Shown: positions 38,710-50,717, counted from the first letter of the stretch. The stretch: 64,000 bases of DNA from an uncultured Desulfobacter sp. (GCA_963665095.1 OY762069.1:736001-800000); one strand, 5' to 3'. Numbers and translations: made by a program. The notes: generated from the sequence alone by a model not told the origin.

Positions 38710-39576
38710 TCACGCTGAAGTCGTAATTTTGAAAAATTCCTTGATCTGGGTCTCGTTGGCTTTAAGTAATTCAATAACCTGCATCATGTTTAGTGCGCTG
38801 ATACCAATTTTTTCAGGGGCGTTTTTAATGGTAACAGGTACAGGGTTCCCCGAATGCCCTAAACCCGCCTTCTGGGTGAGGTAATCAGCAAGGTTAATGA
38901 TCATAGCCTGATGCCGGTATTGTGCGGGTGATGCCTCCGGTACATGGTGAAACCGGCAGGGCAGGATAATTGAGGCGGGAAAATTCCACCGGGTCATTAA
39001 AAGGGCTGATAATGCGGCATGATCCAGTTTGAACAGGGTATTTTCACTGAAATAAAGGGGCCGTTTGTTTTCCATGGCATACTGCCGGACTTCCATGTAC
39101 TCTTCTTTAAAATAGGCGGAAAATACCACCTTTCCGATATCATGGAGCAGGGCAGGTACAAAAATTTTACCGGCAATGTCCGGCGACGTCTGTTTTGCCA
39201 GCTCCTTTGCAGCAGTAGCCACCCCAATTCCGTGAATCCATAATGCTTTCATATCCAGGCTTAAACCTGAAGCATCCGATACACTGGATAAAAGTCCCAT
39301 TCCCATGGCAATTCCGATAATTTCATCAAAGCCAATAACGGAGATGGCCCGCTTAATGGTTTCCACTTTATTTTTCTGGGCATAATAGATGGAATTCGCA
39401 AGCTTGAGCAGTTTATTGGTCATGGCCAGATCATGGGAGATGATCTGGGCCAGATCGTCTGTGGTGGCGTTTTCGTCCGAGGCCGTTTTGATCAGGTTGT
39501 CCACAACCACCGGAAGCGTGGGAAGGTCACTTTCCCGCTTCTGGATCATGTTGAGAATACGTTCTTTGATTTCCAT
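38710..39576 (-). CDS. HDOD domain protein
   Basis: LPTLP, LLKLANS, LLHDIGK, DHA, W.FP, HH. Confidence 0.9.
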   Translation of the reverse strand: MEIKERILNMIQKRESDLPTLPVVVDNLIKTASDENATTDDLAQIISHDLAMTNKLLKLANSIYYAQKNKVETIKRAISVIGFDEIIGIAMGMGLLSSVSDASGLSLDMKALWIHGIGVATAAKELAKQTSPDIAGKIFVPALLHDIGKVVFSAYFKEEYMEVRQYAMENKRPLYFSENTLFKLDHAALSALLMTRWNFPASIILPCRFHHVPEASPAQYRHQAMIINLADYLTQKAGLGHSGNPVPVTIKNAPEKIGISALNMMQVIELLKANETQIKEFFKITTSA

Positions 39577-39593
39577 TGAAGGGTCTGTACTTG

Positions 39594-39989
39594 TTAATGA
39601 AATCGCGTGATATTAATGCTGCCGTTTTCCGTCATTTCATCAAATTTTCTTCGTAAAAACCGTTTAAACATATTCCTGGTATGGGGCCATAAAAGTAAAA
39701 GCCCGGCTGTATCTGTTAAAAGCCCGGGTGTGATCAGAACGATTCCGGCTATGAGGATGATCAAAGCATCCATAAGTTCTTCAGCGGGCATGATGCCCTG
39801 ATTCAGGTTCTGCCTTACTTTGATCATGGTGTTCAGGCCTTCCATTCTGGCGAGCCAGGCCCCTGTAAAACCGGTAATAATGACCAGCATCACGGTGTTA
39901 AACCCACCTATAATACCTCCCAAATGTATGAGAATGTATAATTCAACAACAGGGATTAGTGTAAAGCAGAAAAACAGTTTGAAAAGCAT
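39594..39989 (-). CDS. fxsA: FxsA family membrane protein
   Basis: P..ELY.L, LITPGLLTD.AGL; AAGGAG RBS before ATG 39989. Confidence 0.88.
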   Translation of the reverse strand: MLFKLFFCFTLIPVVELYILIHLGGIIGGFNTVMLVIITGFTGAWLARMEGLNTMIKVRQNLNQGIMPAEELMDALIILIAGIVLITPGLLTDTAGLLLLWPHTRNMFKRFLRRKFDEMTENGSINITRFH

Positions 39990-40098
39990 GGGTGCTCCTT
40001 GTTTAGATACTCTTCTATGCATAATGGCGATGAACCCGGGTTTGTCAAGTATAGATTGCTTACTCTAACATGGGATTAAATATTTATGCAACATCGGG

Positions 40099-40842
40099 TT
40101 ATACTGCGTGTGCAATCCTGCCGTTGCTGCACGGTTGACCACACTGAGGGAAAAGCTGGCGTCCGGAGGTCCATATATCATCCGAGACCTTTTCATCAAC
40201 GGACTGGTTGAGAGTATCCAGGAACAGATTTCTGGATATTTCGCGAGCACCCATTCGCAACAGGTGGCCCGAGGTAACCTGGCAATCAATCATTTTAAAT
40301 CCCTGGAATGACAACTCCTGGGACAATGCCACAAGAGCTGTTTTGGAAGCGTCCGGCTCCCGGGAAAACATACTCTCCCCAAAAAATGATGTCCCCAGGC
40401 TTATACCGTAAAGTCCACCTACGAGCTGGTTATTCCTCCATGCTTCCACGGAATGGGCCACCCCCATTTTATGCAGGGTGATATAGGCTTCGATCATCTC
40501 TTCCACAAGCCAGGTGCCGCCAGGTTCGTTGCGTCTCGGTAGTGAACAGGCAAGGATGGTCTGTTCAAAATCGGTATTAATCCGAATGGTAAAAGGGTCT
40601 TTACGAATTTTTTTCTTAAGGCTTCTTGATATTCTTATTTCGGCTGGAGGGAGGATCAGCCGGGGATCCGGAGACCACCATAGAATCGGTTCACTATGGG
40701 AAAACCAGGGGAAAATGCCGTTTCGGTAAGCAAGGATCAGGCGTTGGGGGCTAAGATCGCCCCCTATACACAACAATCCGTCTGACCGGGCCAGCCAGGC
40801 TGGCGGAAATTCAATTTGTTTAGATAACCTGAAAAGGGGCAT
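40099..40842 (-). CDS. aat: Leucyl/phenylalanyl-tRNA--protein transferase
   Basis: GGDLS, AY..GIFPW, WWSPDPR, AHSVE, FFGESMFS, IDCQ. Confidence 0.95.
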   Translation of the reverse strand: MPLFRLSKQIEFPPAWLARSDGLLCIGGDLSPQRLILAYRNGIFPWFSHSEPILWWSPDPRLILPPAEIRISRSLKKKIRKDPFTIRINTDFEQTILACSLPRRNEPGGTWLVEEMIEAYITLHKMGVAHSVEAWRNNQLVGGLYGISLGTSFFGESMFSREPDASKTALVALSQELSFQGFKMIDCQVTSGHLLRMGAREISRNLFLDTLNQSVDEKVSDDIWTSGRQLFPQCGQPCSNGRIAHAV

Positions 40843-43106
40843 CAGGCAGATTTAATCGTAAAGTTCAGTTTTCCGTTTTTCAGGCCCACAGACAATTTTC
40901 CGCCTTTTTCCAGTTTTCCGAAAAGGATTTCATCCGTCAGCCTGTCCTTGATTTCGGTCTGGATTAGCCGTGCCAGGGGCCGTGCACCGAATTTAGGATC
41001 ATGGCCTTTCCTGGCCAGATGGGTTCTTGCGCTGGCTGAATAGCTTAAAGAGATGCCCTTGACAGAGAGCATGGTCTTAAGCTCCTTCATATTTTTGTCA
41101 ACAATCAGTTCCATCACCTTTTCAGACAGATGGTTAAACTGGACAATGCCGTCCAGACGGTTGCGGAATTCAGGGCTGAAGGTGTTTTTCACCGCTTTAA
41201 TGCTGCTGGAATCCATATTGGCATTCTGGGAACCGAACCCAATGGCATTGACGCTCATTTCTCTGGCTCCGGCATTGGAGGTCATGATGATAATTACGTT
41301 TCTAAAATCAGCAGATTTTCCGTTGTTGTCCGTAAGCGTGGCATAATCCATGACCTGAAGCAGGATATTGAAAAGATCCTGATGGGCCTTTTCAATTTCA
41401 TCCAGGAGAAGTACCGAATGGGGGTGTTTACGGATGCTGTCTGTCAGAATGCCGCCCTGGTCAAATCCCACATAGCCGGGAGGGGCACCAATAAGCCTGG
41501 ATACCGCATGCTTTTCCATGTATTCGCTCATATCAAACCGTAAAAATTCAATACCCATGTTGGAGGCCAGCTGTTTGGCGACTTCTGTCTTGCCAACGCC
41601 GGTGGGTCCCATGAAGAGAAATGAGCCAATGGGGCGTTCCGGGGCTGCCAGACCTGCCCGTGACCGTTTAATGGCCGTGGTCAGGGTGTGAATAGCATCA
41701 TCCTGTCCGAAAATTACATTAAGCAGTTTGCCGGGCAGCGCCTCCAGTGAATTTTTATCAACAGCATTCACATTGGAAACAGGTACTTTAGCAATTTTGG
41801 CGACAATCTTTTCAATATCTTTGGGGCTGACGGTTTTGCGCCGTCCCTCGCCTTTAAGTCTTAAAAATGCGCCTGCCTCATCAATGACATCAATGGCCTT
41901 GTCCGGCAGAAACCGGTCATTGATGTACTTGTCCGACAGGTAGGCGGCAGCCTCTATGGTTTTATCCGGGTACTTCAGGCCGTGATGCTCTTCGTAGCAG
42001 GACCGCAGGCCCTTTAAAATTTCACAGGTTTCCTCTACACTGGGTTCGGCAACCTCTATCTTTTCAAACCGCCGGGAAAAGGCCCGGTCTTTTTCAAAAT
42101 GATTTTTATACTCTTCATATGTGGTCGTGCCAATGCATTTGATGTCTCCGGAGGAGAGCGCCGGTTTCAGAATGTTGGAGGCATCCATGGAGCCGGATGT
42201 GGTGGCACCGGCGCCAACAACCGTATGAATTTCATCAATCACCAGAAGAGCATTTTCCTTTTCTTCGAGGGCCGTGATCACATCCTTGAGCCGCTGCTCA
42301 AAATCCCCTCTGTATTTGGTGCCCGCAAGCAGCGCCCCCATATCCAGTGAATAGAGCTCACAATTCTCCAGCAGATCCGGTACGGATTTTTCATTGATCT
42401 TCAATGCCAACCCTTCGGCAATGGCTGTTTTACCAACACCCGGATCGCCCACAAGAATAGGATTGTTTTTCCGTCTTCTGCAAAGCACCTGCATCACCCG
42501 GTCAGTTTCAAGTCCCCGGCCGATCAGGGGGTCAATTTTATTTTCCTGGGCCCGTTTAATCAGGTCAGCCGTAAAGGACTCAAGAGGATCTTTTTTCTTC
42601 TGACGTTTGGGTTTGGCCGGCTCATTCTGCCGGAAAAGCTGCTGGGGTTTATCCTCCTCTGCCAGCTCTTTTTTCTCTTTATCCGGATCATGGGAGATGT
42701 GACGCAGCACATCAAGACGGGTAATGCCTTCGGATTCAAGATAGAACGCGGCATGGGAATCCTTTTCCTGAAAAATGGATGCCAGGATATCCCCGAGATT
42801 GACTTCTGATTTTTCCGCAGACCTTGCATGGTTGATGGCCCGCTGAATCATGCGCTGGAATCCGATGGTCTGCTGAAGCACATACTCTTCAGCAGAGTCT
42901 ATTTTAGTCAGTTTTTCATCAAAGAACCGCTCAAGATCCTCTTTGATATGCTCAGGGCTTCCCCCGCATTTCTCAATGGTCTCAAGGCCGGATTCATGAT
43001 TTAGAATGGCGTAAAGGACATGTTCAACACACACATACTCATGTCTTCTCTTCTTTGCTTCCCGAACAGCAAAACCAAGCGCTGTACTGAGTTCTTTGCT
43101 TATCAT
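40842..43106 (-). CDS. clpA: ATP-dependent Clp protease ATP-binding subunit ClpA
   Basis: Two AAA+ modules (GDPGVGKT, GPTGVGKT), no ClpB M-domain, IGF loop, next to clpS. Confidence 0.95.
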   Translation of the reverse strand: MISKELSTALGFAVREAKKRRHEYVCVEHVLYAILNHESGLETIEKCGGSPEHIKEDLERFFDEKLTKIDSAEEYVLQQTIGFQRMIQRAINHARSAEKSEVNLGDILASIFQEKDSHAAFYLESEGITRLDVLRHISHDPDKEKKELAEEDKPQQLFRQNEPAKPKRQKKKDPLESFTADLIKRAQENKIDPLIGRGLETDRVMQVLCRRRKNNPILVGDPGVGKTAIAEGLALKINEKSVPDLLENCELYSLDMGALLAGTKYRGDFEQRLKDVITALEEKENALLVIDEIHTVVGAGATTSGSMDASNILKPALSSGDIKCIGTTTYEEYKNHFEKDRAFSRRFEKIEVAEPSVEETCEILKGLRSCYEEHHGLKYPDKTIEAAAYLSDKYINDRFLPDKAIDVIDEAGAFLRLKGEGRRKTVSPKDIEKIVAKIAKVPVSNVNAVDKNSLEALPGKLLNVIFGQDDAIHTLTTAIKRSRAGLAAPERPIGSFLFMGPTGVGKTEVAKQLASNMGIEFLRFDMSEYMEKHAVSRLIGAPPGYVGFDQGGILTDSIRKHPHSVLLLDEIEKAHQDLFNILLQVMDYATLTDNNGKSADFRNVIIIMTSNAGAREMSVNAIGFGSQNANMDSSSIKAVKNTFSPEFRNRLDGIVQFNHLSEKVMELIVDKNMKELKTMLSVKGISLSYSASARTHLARKGHDPKFGARPLARLIQTEIKDRLTDEILFGKLEKGGKLSVGLKNGKLNFTIKSA

Positions 43107-43115
43107 AAATCCTGT

Positions 43116-43424
43116 TTACTCCTTTTCCATTGTGCTTTTTAAGGGAAATCCTTTACGGCTGGCCAGGGCGTGTACGGTTTCGACTTTTGTTTCTGCAATT
43201 TCCCTGGGGTAAATGCCGCAGACTGCTTTTCCCTTATTATGTACATTAAGCATGATTTGAGTCGCTTTTTCAAGTGATTTTCCAAACACCCTGACCAGGA
43301 TATCCACCACAAATTCCATGGTTGTATAATCGTCGTTGTGCAGCAGCACCTTATACATAGGGGGATGGTCCTCGCGGGTGTCCCGTTTTACCTTAGGCCG
43401 AGTTTTGGAATCTGTGGATGTCAT
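43116..43424 (-). CDS. clpS: Clp protease adaptor ClpS
   Basis: [31 protein letters not shown]. Confidence 0.96.
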   Translation of the reverse strand: MTSTDSKTRPKVKRDTREDHPPMYKVLLHNDDYTTMEFVVDILVRVFGKSLEKATQIMLNVHNKGKAVCGIYPREIAETKVETVHALASRKGFPLKSTMEKE

Positions 43425-43456
43425 GTCCTAACCTTTTAACGGGGATGCCGGTATGC

Positions 43457-45979
43457 TTACTGGCCGCAGCATTTTTTATATTTTTTCCCGCTGCCGCAGG
43501 GGCATGGATCATTTCTTTGCACTTTCTGGGATGCTCTGCGTACCGGTTGTTTAGGGGTAGATTCATCCGAATGGGAAAAAGTCAGGTCCTGCTCCTCCTC
43601 TTTCTGCATCTCCTCCACCTGGTCCGGAGAAGCAATCTGTATTTTAAACAGGATGTCCACAACTTCCTGCTTAACCCGGTCCATCAGGCTCTGAAACATG
43701 TCAAAACCCTCTTTTTTGTAAATCCGTAAAGGATCCTGCTGGGCATATCCCCGAAGGCCGATGCCCTCCTTGAGATGGTCCATGTTCAAGAGGTGTTCCT
43801 TCCAGCGAGTGTCCACGGTTTGAAGAATGATAAAGCGCTCTACATGGCGCATGATTTCCGGCCCGTACTTTTGTTCCTTACCCTGGTAATGGGTCTGGGC
43901 TGTCTCAAAGATAAACTGGCTCAGCTGCTCTGTGGAATAATTATCCCGGACAGGCTCGTCCAAAGACATATTCATATTAAACTGACCTTTAATGGCCGCA
44001 TTTAATCCTTCAAGATCCCACTCTTTAAGTGGTGTCTTATCCTGGGCAAACATATCCACAATGTCGTAAGACCTATCTTCCATCATATCCAGGGCTGCCT
44101 GGCGAAGATCCGCAGATGTCAGGGCCTCACGACGCTGGCGGTATATAATCTCCCGCTGCTGGTTCATGACATCATCATACTCAAGCAGATGCTTTCTGAT
44201 TTCAAAGTTATGGCCTTCCACCTTAGACTGGGCGTTTTCAATGGCTTTGGAGATGAAGCGATGTTCAATATGCTCGCCTTCCTCGATCCCTAAACGGTCC
44301 ATGACCTTATGGATACGGTCCCCGCCAAAAATTCTAAGCAGGTCGTCCTCCAGACTCAGATAGAATCTGGAGCTGCCGGGATCTCCCTGGCGGCCGGACC
44401 TGCCCCGTAGCTGGTTGTCGATACGTCGCGATTCATGGCGGGATGTACCAAGAATATGCAGGCCTCCAAGCTCCTTGACGCCTTCGCCAAGTTTAATGTC
44501 CGTGCCACGGCCGGCCATGTTGGTTGATATGGTCACTGCCCCTTTCTGGCCGGCATTGGCCACGATTTCAGCCTCTTCCTTGTGGTGTTTGGCATTCAGC
44601 ACATTGTGCCTGATACCTCTTTTCTTAAGTTTTTCGCTCAAGGATTCGGACACATCAATGGAAATGGTACCCACCAGCACCGGCTGTCCCTTTTTATGCA
44701 GCTGAATGATCTCTTTAATGGCAGCTTCATATTTTTCTTTCTGGGTTTTATAGATCAGATCAGGGCGATCATCGCGGACCATGGGCTTGTGCGTGGGGAT
44801 AACCAGTACCTCAAGGTTGTATATTTTTTTAAACTCTTCGGCCTCAGTTTCTGCCGTGCCAGTCATGCCGGACAGCTTGTCATACATCCTGAAATAGTTC
44901 TGGAAGGTAATGGATGCCAATGTCTGGTTTTCATTTTCTATTTTAACCCCTTCCTTGGCTTCCAGTGCCTGGTGCAGTCCCTCGGAATAGCGCCTGCCAC
45001 TCATCAATCGTCCGGTGAATTCATCAACAATGACCACCTGACCGTTTTTTACAATGTAATCTGTATCCCGCTTGAACAGTACATGGGCTTTCAAGGCCTG
45101 GTTGAGATGGTGCAGAACTTCAATATTGGCCGGATCATAAAGGTTTTCCACACTGAGCAGATCCTCACCTTTGGCTATGCCCTCTTCAGTCAGTGAAACG
45201 GTTTTTGACTCCTCATCCAGGGTGTAATCGGTTTCTTTTTTAAATGCCGGGATAATAGTGTTGACCTGGGTATACAGGTAGGTGGATTTTTCGGCGGGGC
45301 CAGAGATGATCAACGGGGTTCTGGCCTCATCAATAAGAATGGAGTCCACCTCGTCCACAATGGCAAAATTCAGATGGCCCTGGGCAAGTTCTTCTGGGTT
45401 GAATTTCATATTGTCCCGAAGATAGTCAAATCCGAATTCATTGTTTGTGCCGTAAGTAATGTCTGACGAATAGGCATCTTTTCGTTCCTGGGAATCCATG
45501 TCATGCAGGATGACCCCGACGGTCAGGCCCAAAAAATTATACACTTCCGCCATCCATTCAGCATCACGTTTAGCCAGATAGTCGTTGACCGTGACAATAT
45601 GCACACCTTTGCCGGAGAGCGCGTTGAGGTACGCAGGCAGTGTGGACATCAGCGTCTTGCCCTCACCAGTCTTCATTTCAGCGATTGTGCCGCGGTGCAG
45701 GGCCACACCGCCAATAAGCTGAACGTCATAGTGTCGCAAACCAAGGGTTCGTACTGCCGCCTCCCTGACAAGGGCAAAGGCTTCGGGGAGAAGATCGTCC
45801 AGGGTCTCCCCCTTTGCAAAGCGCTCCCTGAATTCAATTGTTTTTCCAGTCATATCAGTATCGGATAAAGCCTGAACGCTTGGCTCGAGTTCGTTTATCC
45901 TGTCGATAACCGGTTGAATTTTTTTTAGTATTCTATCATTACTGGAACCAAAAAGTTTAGTAAGAGAATCAATGAACAT
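43457..45979 (-). CDS. secA: Preprotein translocase SecA
   Basis: [43 protein letters not shown] motif. Confidence 0.98.
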   Translation of the reverse strand: MFIDSLTKLFGSSNDRILKKIQPVIDRINELEPSVQALSDTDMTGKTIEFRERFAKGETLDDLLPEAFALVREAAVRTLGLRHYDVQLIGGVALHRGTIAEMKTGEGKTLMSTLPAYLNALSGKGVHIVTVNDYLAKRDAEWMAEVYNFLGLTVGVILHDMDSQERKDAYSSDITYGTNNEFGFDYLRDNMKFNPEELAQGHLNFAIVDEVDSILIDEARTPLIISGPAEKSTYLYTQVNTIIPAFKKETDYTLDEESKTVSLTEEGIAKGEDLLSVENLYDPANIEVLHHLNQALKAHVLFKRDTDYIVKNGQVVIVDEFTGRLMSGRRYSEGLHQALEAKEGVKIENENQTLASITFQNYFRMYDKLSGMTGTAETEAEEFKKIYNLEVLVIPTHKPMVRDDRPDLIYKTQKEKYEAAIKEIIQLHKKGQPVLVGTISIDVSESLSEKLKKRGIRHNVLNAKHHKEEAEIVANAGQKGAVTISTNMAGRGTDIKLGEGVKELGGLHILGTSRHESRRIDNQLRGRSGRQGDPGSSRFYLSLEDDLLRIFGGDRIHKVMDRLGIEEGEHIEHRFISKAIENAQSKVEGHNFEIRKHLLEYDDVMNQQREIIYRQRREALTSADLRQAALDMMEDRSYDIVDMFAQDKTPLKEWDLEGLNAAIKGQFNMNMSLDEPVRDNYSTEQLSQFIFETAQTHYQGKEQKYGPEIMRHVERFIILQTVDTRWKEHLLNMDHLKEGIGLRGYAQQDPLRIYKKEGFDMFQSLMDRVKQEVVDILFKIQIASPDQVEEMQKEEEQDLTFSHSDESTPKQPVRRASQKVQRNDPCPCGSGKKYKKCCGQ

Positions 45980-46115
45980 GTATGTATTACCCGTTAAATT
46001 AGAGGTTATTCAATTTTGTCAGTACAACATATAAGCATTATTCCAAGAAATAAAAGAAAAAATTAAATATTTAAGTACCGATTTATTGAATGGAAACAAA
46101 AGACGAGAGGGGTGG

Positions 46116-47054
46116 TCAGTTGAGGATATATTTTTTAGGATTGACCGGAGCGCCGTTAACAAGTACTTCGTAGTGCAGGTGGGGGCCGGTGCTTTTGCCG
46201 GTGTTGCCTAAGGTGGCGATGGCCTCGCCACGTTTGACCTGCTGCCCCTTGTTAACAAGGATATCCCTTAAATGGGCATATTTGGTAGTTTTACCATATC
46301 CGTGGTCAATAATAACCACATTGCCGTAATTGGTTTTTCTGCCGGTGAATATAATCTTTCCGTCGGCCGTGGTAACAATTTTGGTGCCTAAACGGTTGGA
46401 AATATCCAGGCCGGAATGAAAGGTTTTTTTGCCGGTAAACGGCGATCTGCGATAGCCAAAGGGTGATGTGATTATACCGTCCACAGGCTTGATGGACGGG
46501 GTAGCTGCCAGAAGATTTCTTTTTTTTTCCAGTTTACTAATCAGATCGTTGAAATTAAGCTTTTCTTTGTCAACAACTGACTGGATATCTTTAATCTGCT
46601 GGTGCATTTCTCTGATCAACGCATTATGTTTTGTTTCAAGCGGGATTTCCTGGTCCAGATCGGTTTCCGGCACCCCACCGATTCCTAAGAGCCCTGATGA
46701 TGTCCCTTTTTTGTCAATATCGGCGATGAGACGAACCTGGTCTTCCAGCTGTCCCAGACCTTTAATCTGGTCCTTAAGTGCTTCTATTTCACAGGCAAAT
46801 GCCTGGATCTGGCGCCGCTGGTCCTTAAGTTCATTTTTTTGCGTTTCAATGGTCTGTGAAAGTTCAGCGTTTTTAAATGCCGTCTGTTTAAGCAGGTAAT
46901 AATCATACCCCAGGCAAGAGAGTGCGCCAACGCACAGAAAGAAGAAAAGCATAGAAAAAAGTAAAAACGATTTTCTTAGGGAAATTTCCCGGATACTTGA
47001 ATTATCACCGGAGTGGAACCATATTTTAATTCGATTTTTCATCTTTAATCTCAT
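46116..47054 (-). CDS. M23 family peptidase with coiled coil
   Basis: HSGLD, YAHL, STGPHLHYEV. Confidence 0.9.
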   Translation of the reverse strand: MRLKMKNRIKIWFHSGDNSSIREISLRKSFLLFSMLFFFLCVGALSCLGYDYYLLKQTAFKNAELSQTIETQKNELKDQRRQIQAFACEIEALKDQIKGLGQLEDQVRLIADIDKKGTSSGLLGIGGVPETDLDQEIPLETKHNALIREMHQQIKDIQSVVDKEKLNFNDLISKLEKKRNLLAATPSIKPVDGIITSPFGYRRSPFTGKKTFHSGLDISNRLGTKIVTTADGKIIFTGRKTNYGNVVIIDHGYGKTTKYAHLRDILVNKGQQVKRGEAIATLGNTGKSTGPHLHYEVLVNGAPVNPKKYILN

Positions 47055-47091
47055 ACAAGGAAATTTGTGGCTCTGTCAAGCGGTAATTCGC

Positions 47092-48129
47092 TTACAACGG
47101 GCTTTGCACCAGATCCAGCCCTGCTGTTTCGTCAATGGCGAACATGATATTCATGTTCTGGATTGCCTGGCCGGCAGCACCCTTAATCAGGTTGTCAATC
47201 GCCGACACCAGTATCAGTCTGCCGGATGCCGAATCCATATGCAGCCCGATGTCACAGCAGTTGGTATTTTTTACATGGGACATGGCAGGAAAGCTGCCTT
47301 CCGGCAGAATCCTTACAAAGGGTTCCTTGCCATAGACTGTCTCAAGGGCACCACGGATATCGGTTTTAGTGACATTGGGATTCACAGTGGCATAAATAGT
47401 GGAAACCATTCCCCGGGTTACAGGTACCAGGTGGGGCACAAAGGTCAGCGCTACCGGCTGCCCGGCTGCTTGGGTGAGCACTTCCTCAATTTCAGGGATG
47501 TGCCTGTGTGTGCCGACTTTATATGCAGTGAAAGATTCGTTTACCTCACAGAAATGGGTGGTCAAAGACAGAGATCTCCCTGCACCGCTGACTCCGGATT
47601 TGGAGTCTGAAATAATCCCGCTGGGTGAAATCAGATTGCTGCTGAGCAAGGGGACCAGAGGGAGAAGAATTGATGTGGGGTAACACCCTGGATTGCCGAC
47701 AATTCTTGCAGTTCTGACCCGCTCTCTGTTCAGTTCACACAGACCGTATACACTTTCTTTAAGCAGGTTCAGCGCTGTATGCGGCTGATAAGCCGCTTCA
47801 TAGGCTGTGGGATTTTCAAACCTGAAATCAGCGGACAGGTCAATGACTTTCACTCCCCGGTCAATCAAACCAGGAGCAAAGTCCATTGACACCTTATGGG
47901 GCAGCGCCAGAAATACCACGTCTACTTTGCTGGCCAGTTCGTCGGCATCAAACGATGTGCAGACCAGGGATTGAACCCCGCGCAGGGACGGAAAAACCTG
48001 GGTCAGGGATTTCCCTTTGTATGAGTTTGACGTGACCGCTTCAAGGCTCGCCCCTGGGTGATTGGAAATAAGTTTAACCAGTTCAAGACCAGTATATCCG
48101 GATGCACCAGCAATGGCTGTCCTAATCAT
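47092..48129 (-). CDS. argC: N-acetyl-gamma-glutamyl-phosphate reductase
   Basis: GASGYTG, DLSADFR, NPGCYPT, SGVSGAG, DNLIKGAAGQA. Confidence 0.97.
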   Translation of the reverse strand: MIRTAIAGASGYTGLELVKLISNHPGASLEAVTSNSYKGKSLTQVFPSLRGVQSLVCTSFDADELASKVDVVFLALPHKVSMDFAPGLIDRGVKVIDLSADFRFENPTAYEAAYQPHTALNLLKESVYGLCELNRERVRTARIVGNPGCYPTSILLPLVPLLSSNLISPSGIISDSKSGVSGAGRSLSLTTHFCEVNESFTAYKVGTHRHIPEIEEVLTQAAGQPVALTFVPHLVPVTRGMVSTIYATVNPNVTKTDIRGALETVYGKEPFVRILPEGSFPAMSHVKNTNCCDIGLHMDSASGRLILVSAIDNLIKGAAGQAIQNMNIMFAIDETAGLDLVQSPL

Positions 48130-48323
48130 CTTTTTATCTTTCCAAATTATCTTTCCAAAAAGGGTTAATACAAATCTGAGATTAGGATTTTAAAATAAAA
48201 ATGATTATTCTGCAAACCTTAATTTAATTTAGTGGATAAGTGCGATCATATTTGGGCATTTTATCAAAATTTTCTGTGGGCTAAACGGGGGTTGGAAGAA
48301 ACAGGCGGAATCCCGTTTTTTTA

Positions 48324-48776
48324 CTAAGAGAAGATTACCAGAGTATGGTCTTCTCCTTCAAAGGCGGTGTCAATAATTTTACTGATCACCTGCCAGTCCC
48401 CACCGGCAAGGCCTGCCCCAATTTTAGGATATCCAAAACGTCTGCCAGAAAAATCTTTTTTTAATGCAGTAAAGACGTTCCCAATAGCATCATAATCTGC
48501 AAGGATGCCGTTTCCACTGTAATGAAACTGGGTGTATGCATTAATGACATAAAGATGACCTGAATCTGTGTCTATACAAGCCTTTGAATAGCTGCCTAAT
48601 TTAAACCTGTCCCCGGATATCGTTGTCTGGTCTGCCTCAAATGCCGCAGGAAAGATTTGCTTGATCTGTTTTGCAATGCCGGCCCCCATTGTACAAAAGC
48701 AGTTGCAGCCATGGATTATCACATCAAACTGTCCGGCTTGTGACAGGGCTATCAAATCCCCCCTTACGCATTTCAT
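48324..48776 (-). CDS. Macro domain (ADP-ribose hydrolase-like, Poa1p type)
   Basis: GDL, HGCNC..MGAGIA, PKIGAGLAGGDW. Confidence 0.88.
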   Translation of the reverse strand: MKCVRGDLIALSQAGQFDVIIHGCNCFCTMGAGIAKQIKQIFPAAFEADQTTISGDRFKLGSYSKACIDTDSGHLYVINAYTQFHYSGNGILADYDAIGNVFTALKKDFSGRRFGYPKIGAGLAGGDWQVISKIIDTAFEGEDHTLVIFS

Positions 48777-48806
48777 TGATTCTGCCTTTTATATGAAGCG
48801 GATGTA

Positions 48807-49580
48807 TTAAAACAAAATCTGGCTTAAGAACAGTTTAGTCCTCTCGTTTTGGGGATTGTTGAAGAACGCATCTGGTTCGTTCTCTTCAATAATTTCCCCT
48901 TGGTCCATGAAAAGAACTCTGTGAGCCACACTTTTTGCAAATCCCATCTCGTGGGTAACAACGATCATGGTCATGCCTTCCTGGGCCAGGCTGATCATAA
49001 CATCAAGCACCTCCTTGACCATTTCCGGGTCAAGGGCGGAGGTGGGTTCGTCAAAGAGCATGATGTTGGGCTTCATGCAAAGACTTCTGGCAATGGCCAC
49101 ACGCTGCTGCTGGCCGCCGGAAAGCTGACCTGGAAATTTTTGTGCCTGCTCTGCAATCTGCACTTTTTCCAGATAGTACATGGCGGTCTCTTCGGCTTCT
49201 TTTTTCGGGGTTTTCCGAACCCAGATCGGACCTAAGGTCAGGTTCTCCAGGATGGTCAAATGGGGAAACAGGTTGAAGTGCTGGAACACCATGCCCACTT
49301 CCGAACGGACCTTTTCAATGTTTTTCAGGTTTTTTGTCAACTCAATACCATCAACAATGATCTGCCCCTTCTGATGCTCTTCCAGGCGATTGATACACCT
49401 GATTAAGGTAGACTTTCCTGATCCGGAAGGACCGCACACAACAATGCGCTCTCTTTTTTTAACATCAAGGTGGATATTCTTTAAAACGTGGAAATCCCCA
49501 TACCATTTATGCATGTCAATGATCTGGATTACGGTCTCCCCGTTTACAATCTCGGCGTTGTTTGTTTGTGTCTGACTCAT
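48807..49580 (-). CDS. aapP: Amino acid ABC transporter ATP-binding protein
   Basis: [26 protein letters not shown]. Confidence 0.9.
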   Translation of the reverse strand: MSQTQTNNAEIVNGETVIQIIDMHKWYGDFHVLKNIHLDVKKRERIVVCGPSGSGKSTLIRCINRLEEHQKGQIIVDGIELTKNLKNIEKVRSEVGMVFQHFNLFPHLTILENLTLGPIWVRKTPKKEAEETAMYYLEKVQIAEQAQKFPGQLSGGQQQRVAIARSLCMKPNIMLFDEPTSALDPEMVKEVLDVMISLAQEGMTMIVVTHEMGFAKSVAHRVLFMDQGEIIEENEPDAFFNNPQNERTKLFLSQILF

Positions 49581-49625
49581 AGGTCTTTGCTCAAAGTTAT
49601 TTGGGTTTTTGATAAGGTTTTTCAG

Positions 49626-50717
49626 TTACAGACTTGTATCCAGCTCCCGCTCCAGCCTCCGGCTGTAATTGGACATGAAAAAACAGCAGACAAAATAGAT
49701 AATTGCCAGAAAAATGTAGGCTTCTGAAGAAAATCCCATCCACTTGGGGTCGGACAGTGTGGACTGGGTGGTTTTCAGTATGTCGTACAGCCCGATGATG
49801 ACAACCAGTGACGTATCTTTGAAAGCGGAAATCAGGATACTCACCGACGGGGGGATCACGATTTTCAGAGCCTGGGGAAGGATGATCAGGCGCATGGTCT
49901 GGGGGTAGCTTAAGCCTAGGGCATCCGCCGCCTCAAACTGTCCTTTGTTCATTCCCTGAAGGCCCCCTCTGACGACTTCTGCAATGTATGCGGCTGTAAA
50001 CAAAATGATGGCTACCTGGGCCCGTAACACAGCGTTGATGGTCACACCTTCTGGAAGCAGCAGAGGAAACACCACCGAGGACATGAACAAAAGACTGATC
50101 AGAGGAACCCCCCGGATCAGCTCGATGTAAAAAATACAGAAAGTTCGGATGACAGGCATGCTGGACTGGCGGCCCAGGGCCAGAATCACCCCGAGAGGAT
50201 AGGCTGCGGTCAGGCCGAACACCGAGAGCAGCAGGGTCAGAATAATGCCCCCCCATTTTTCAATGTCCACCGGGACAAGACCGAATATGCCTCCTTTCAG
50301 CAACACCCCCATGATCACGATGGATACAAGCCAGGTATACCCGAGAGCCGGTCTCCACAGTTTCCTGTTGCGACTGATAACCAGAAGCGTTATCAAAAGG
50401 ACAATGGCAGTCACAGGCCGCCACAGAATGTCCTGGGGATAAAATCCAAACAAAATGATCTTATAATTGGCCGTGATGACTGACCAGCAGGCCCCGGAGG
50501 CCTGTCTGCAATTGGCATTGGGATCCCAGCAGCAGTCGATAAAGGCCCATTTGACAAAAGGAATAATGGAGTAACACAGCATGCCGATGATCAGAATCGT
50601 GAGCAGCGCACTTAACGGGGTACTGAACAGGTTCTCTTTGATCCATCCGATGACACCCACACTTGCCATGGGCGGTTTTACAACATCCTGCCCGTTTTCT
50701 TCTTTTAATTGTTCCAT
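49626..50717 (-). CDS. aapM: Amino acid ABC transporter permease
   Basis: RGVPLI, AY.AEVVRGG, GQ.EAA, ILPQAL. Confidence 0.88.
   Translation of the reverse strand: MEQLKEENGQDVVKPPMASVGVIGWIKENLFSTPLSALLTILIIGMLCYSIIPFVKWAFIDCCWDPNANCRQASGACWSVITANYKIILFGFYPQDILWRPVTAIVLLITLLVISRNRKLWRPALGYTWLVSIVIMGVLLKGGIFGLVPVDIEKWGGIILTLLLSVFGLTAAYPLGVILALGRQSSMPVIRTFCIFYIELIRGVPLISLLFMSSVVFPLLLPEGVTINAVLRAQVAIILFTAAYIAEVVRGGLQGMNKGQFEAADALGLSYPQTMRLIILPQALKIVIPPSVSILISAFKDTSLVVIIGLYDILKTTQSTLSDPKWMGFSSEAYIFLAIIYFVCCFFMSNYSRRLERELDTSL

Noticed and set aside
48134..48159. 13-bp tandem repeat TTATCTTTCCAAA before argC as an operator
   Set aside because: Not palindromic, not ARG-box-like; probably a slippage duplication around the RBS
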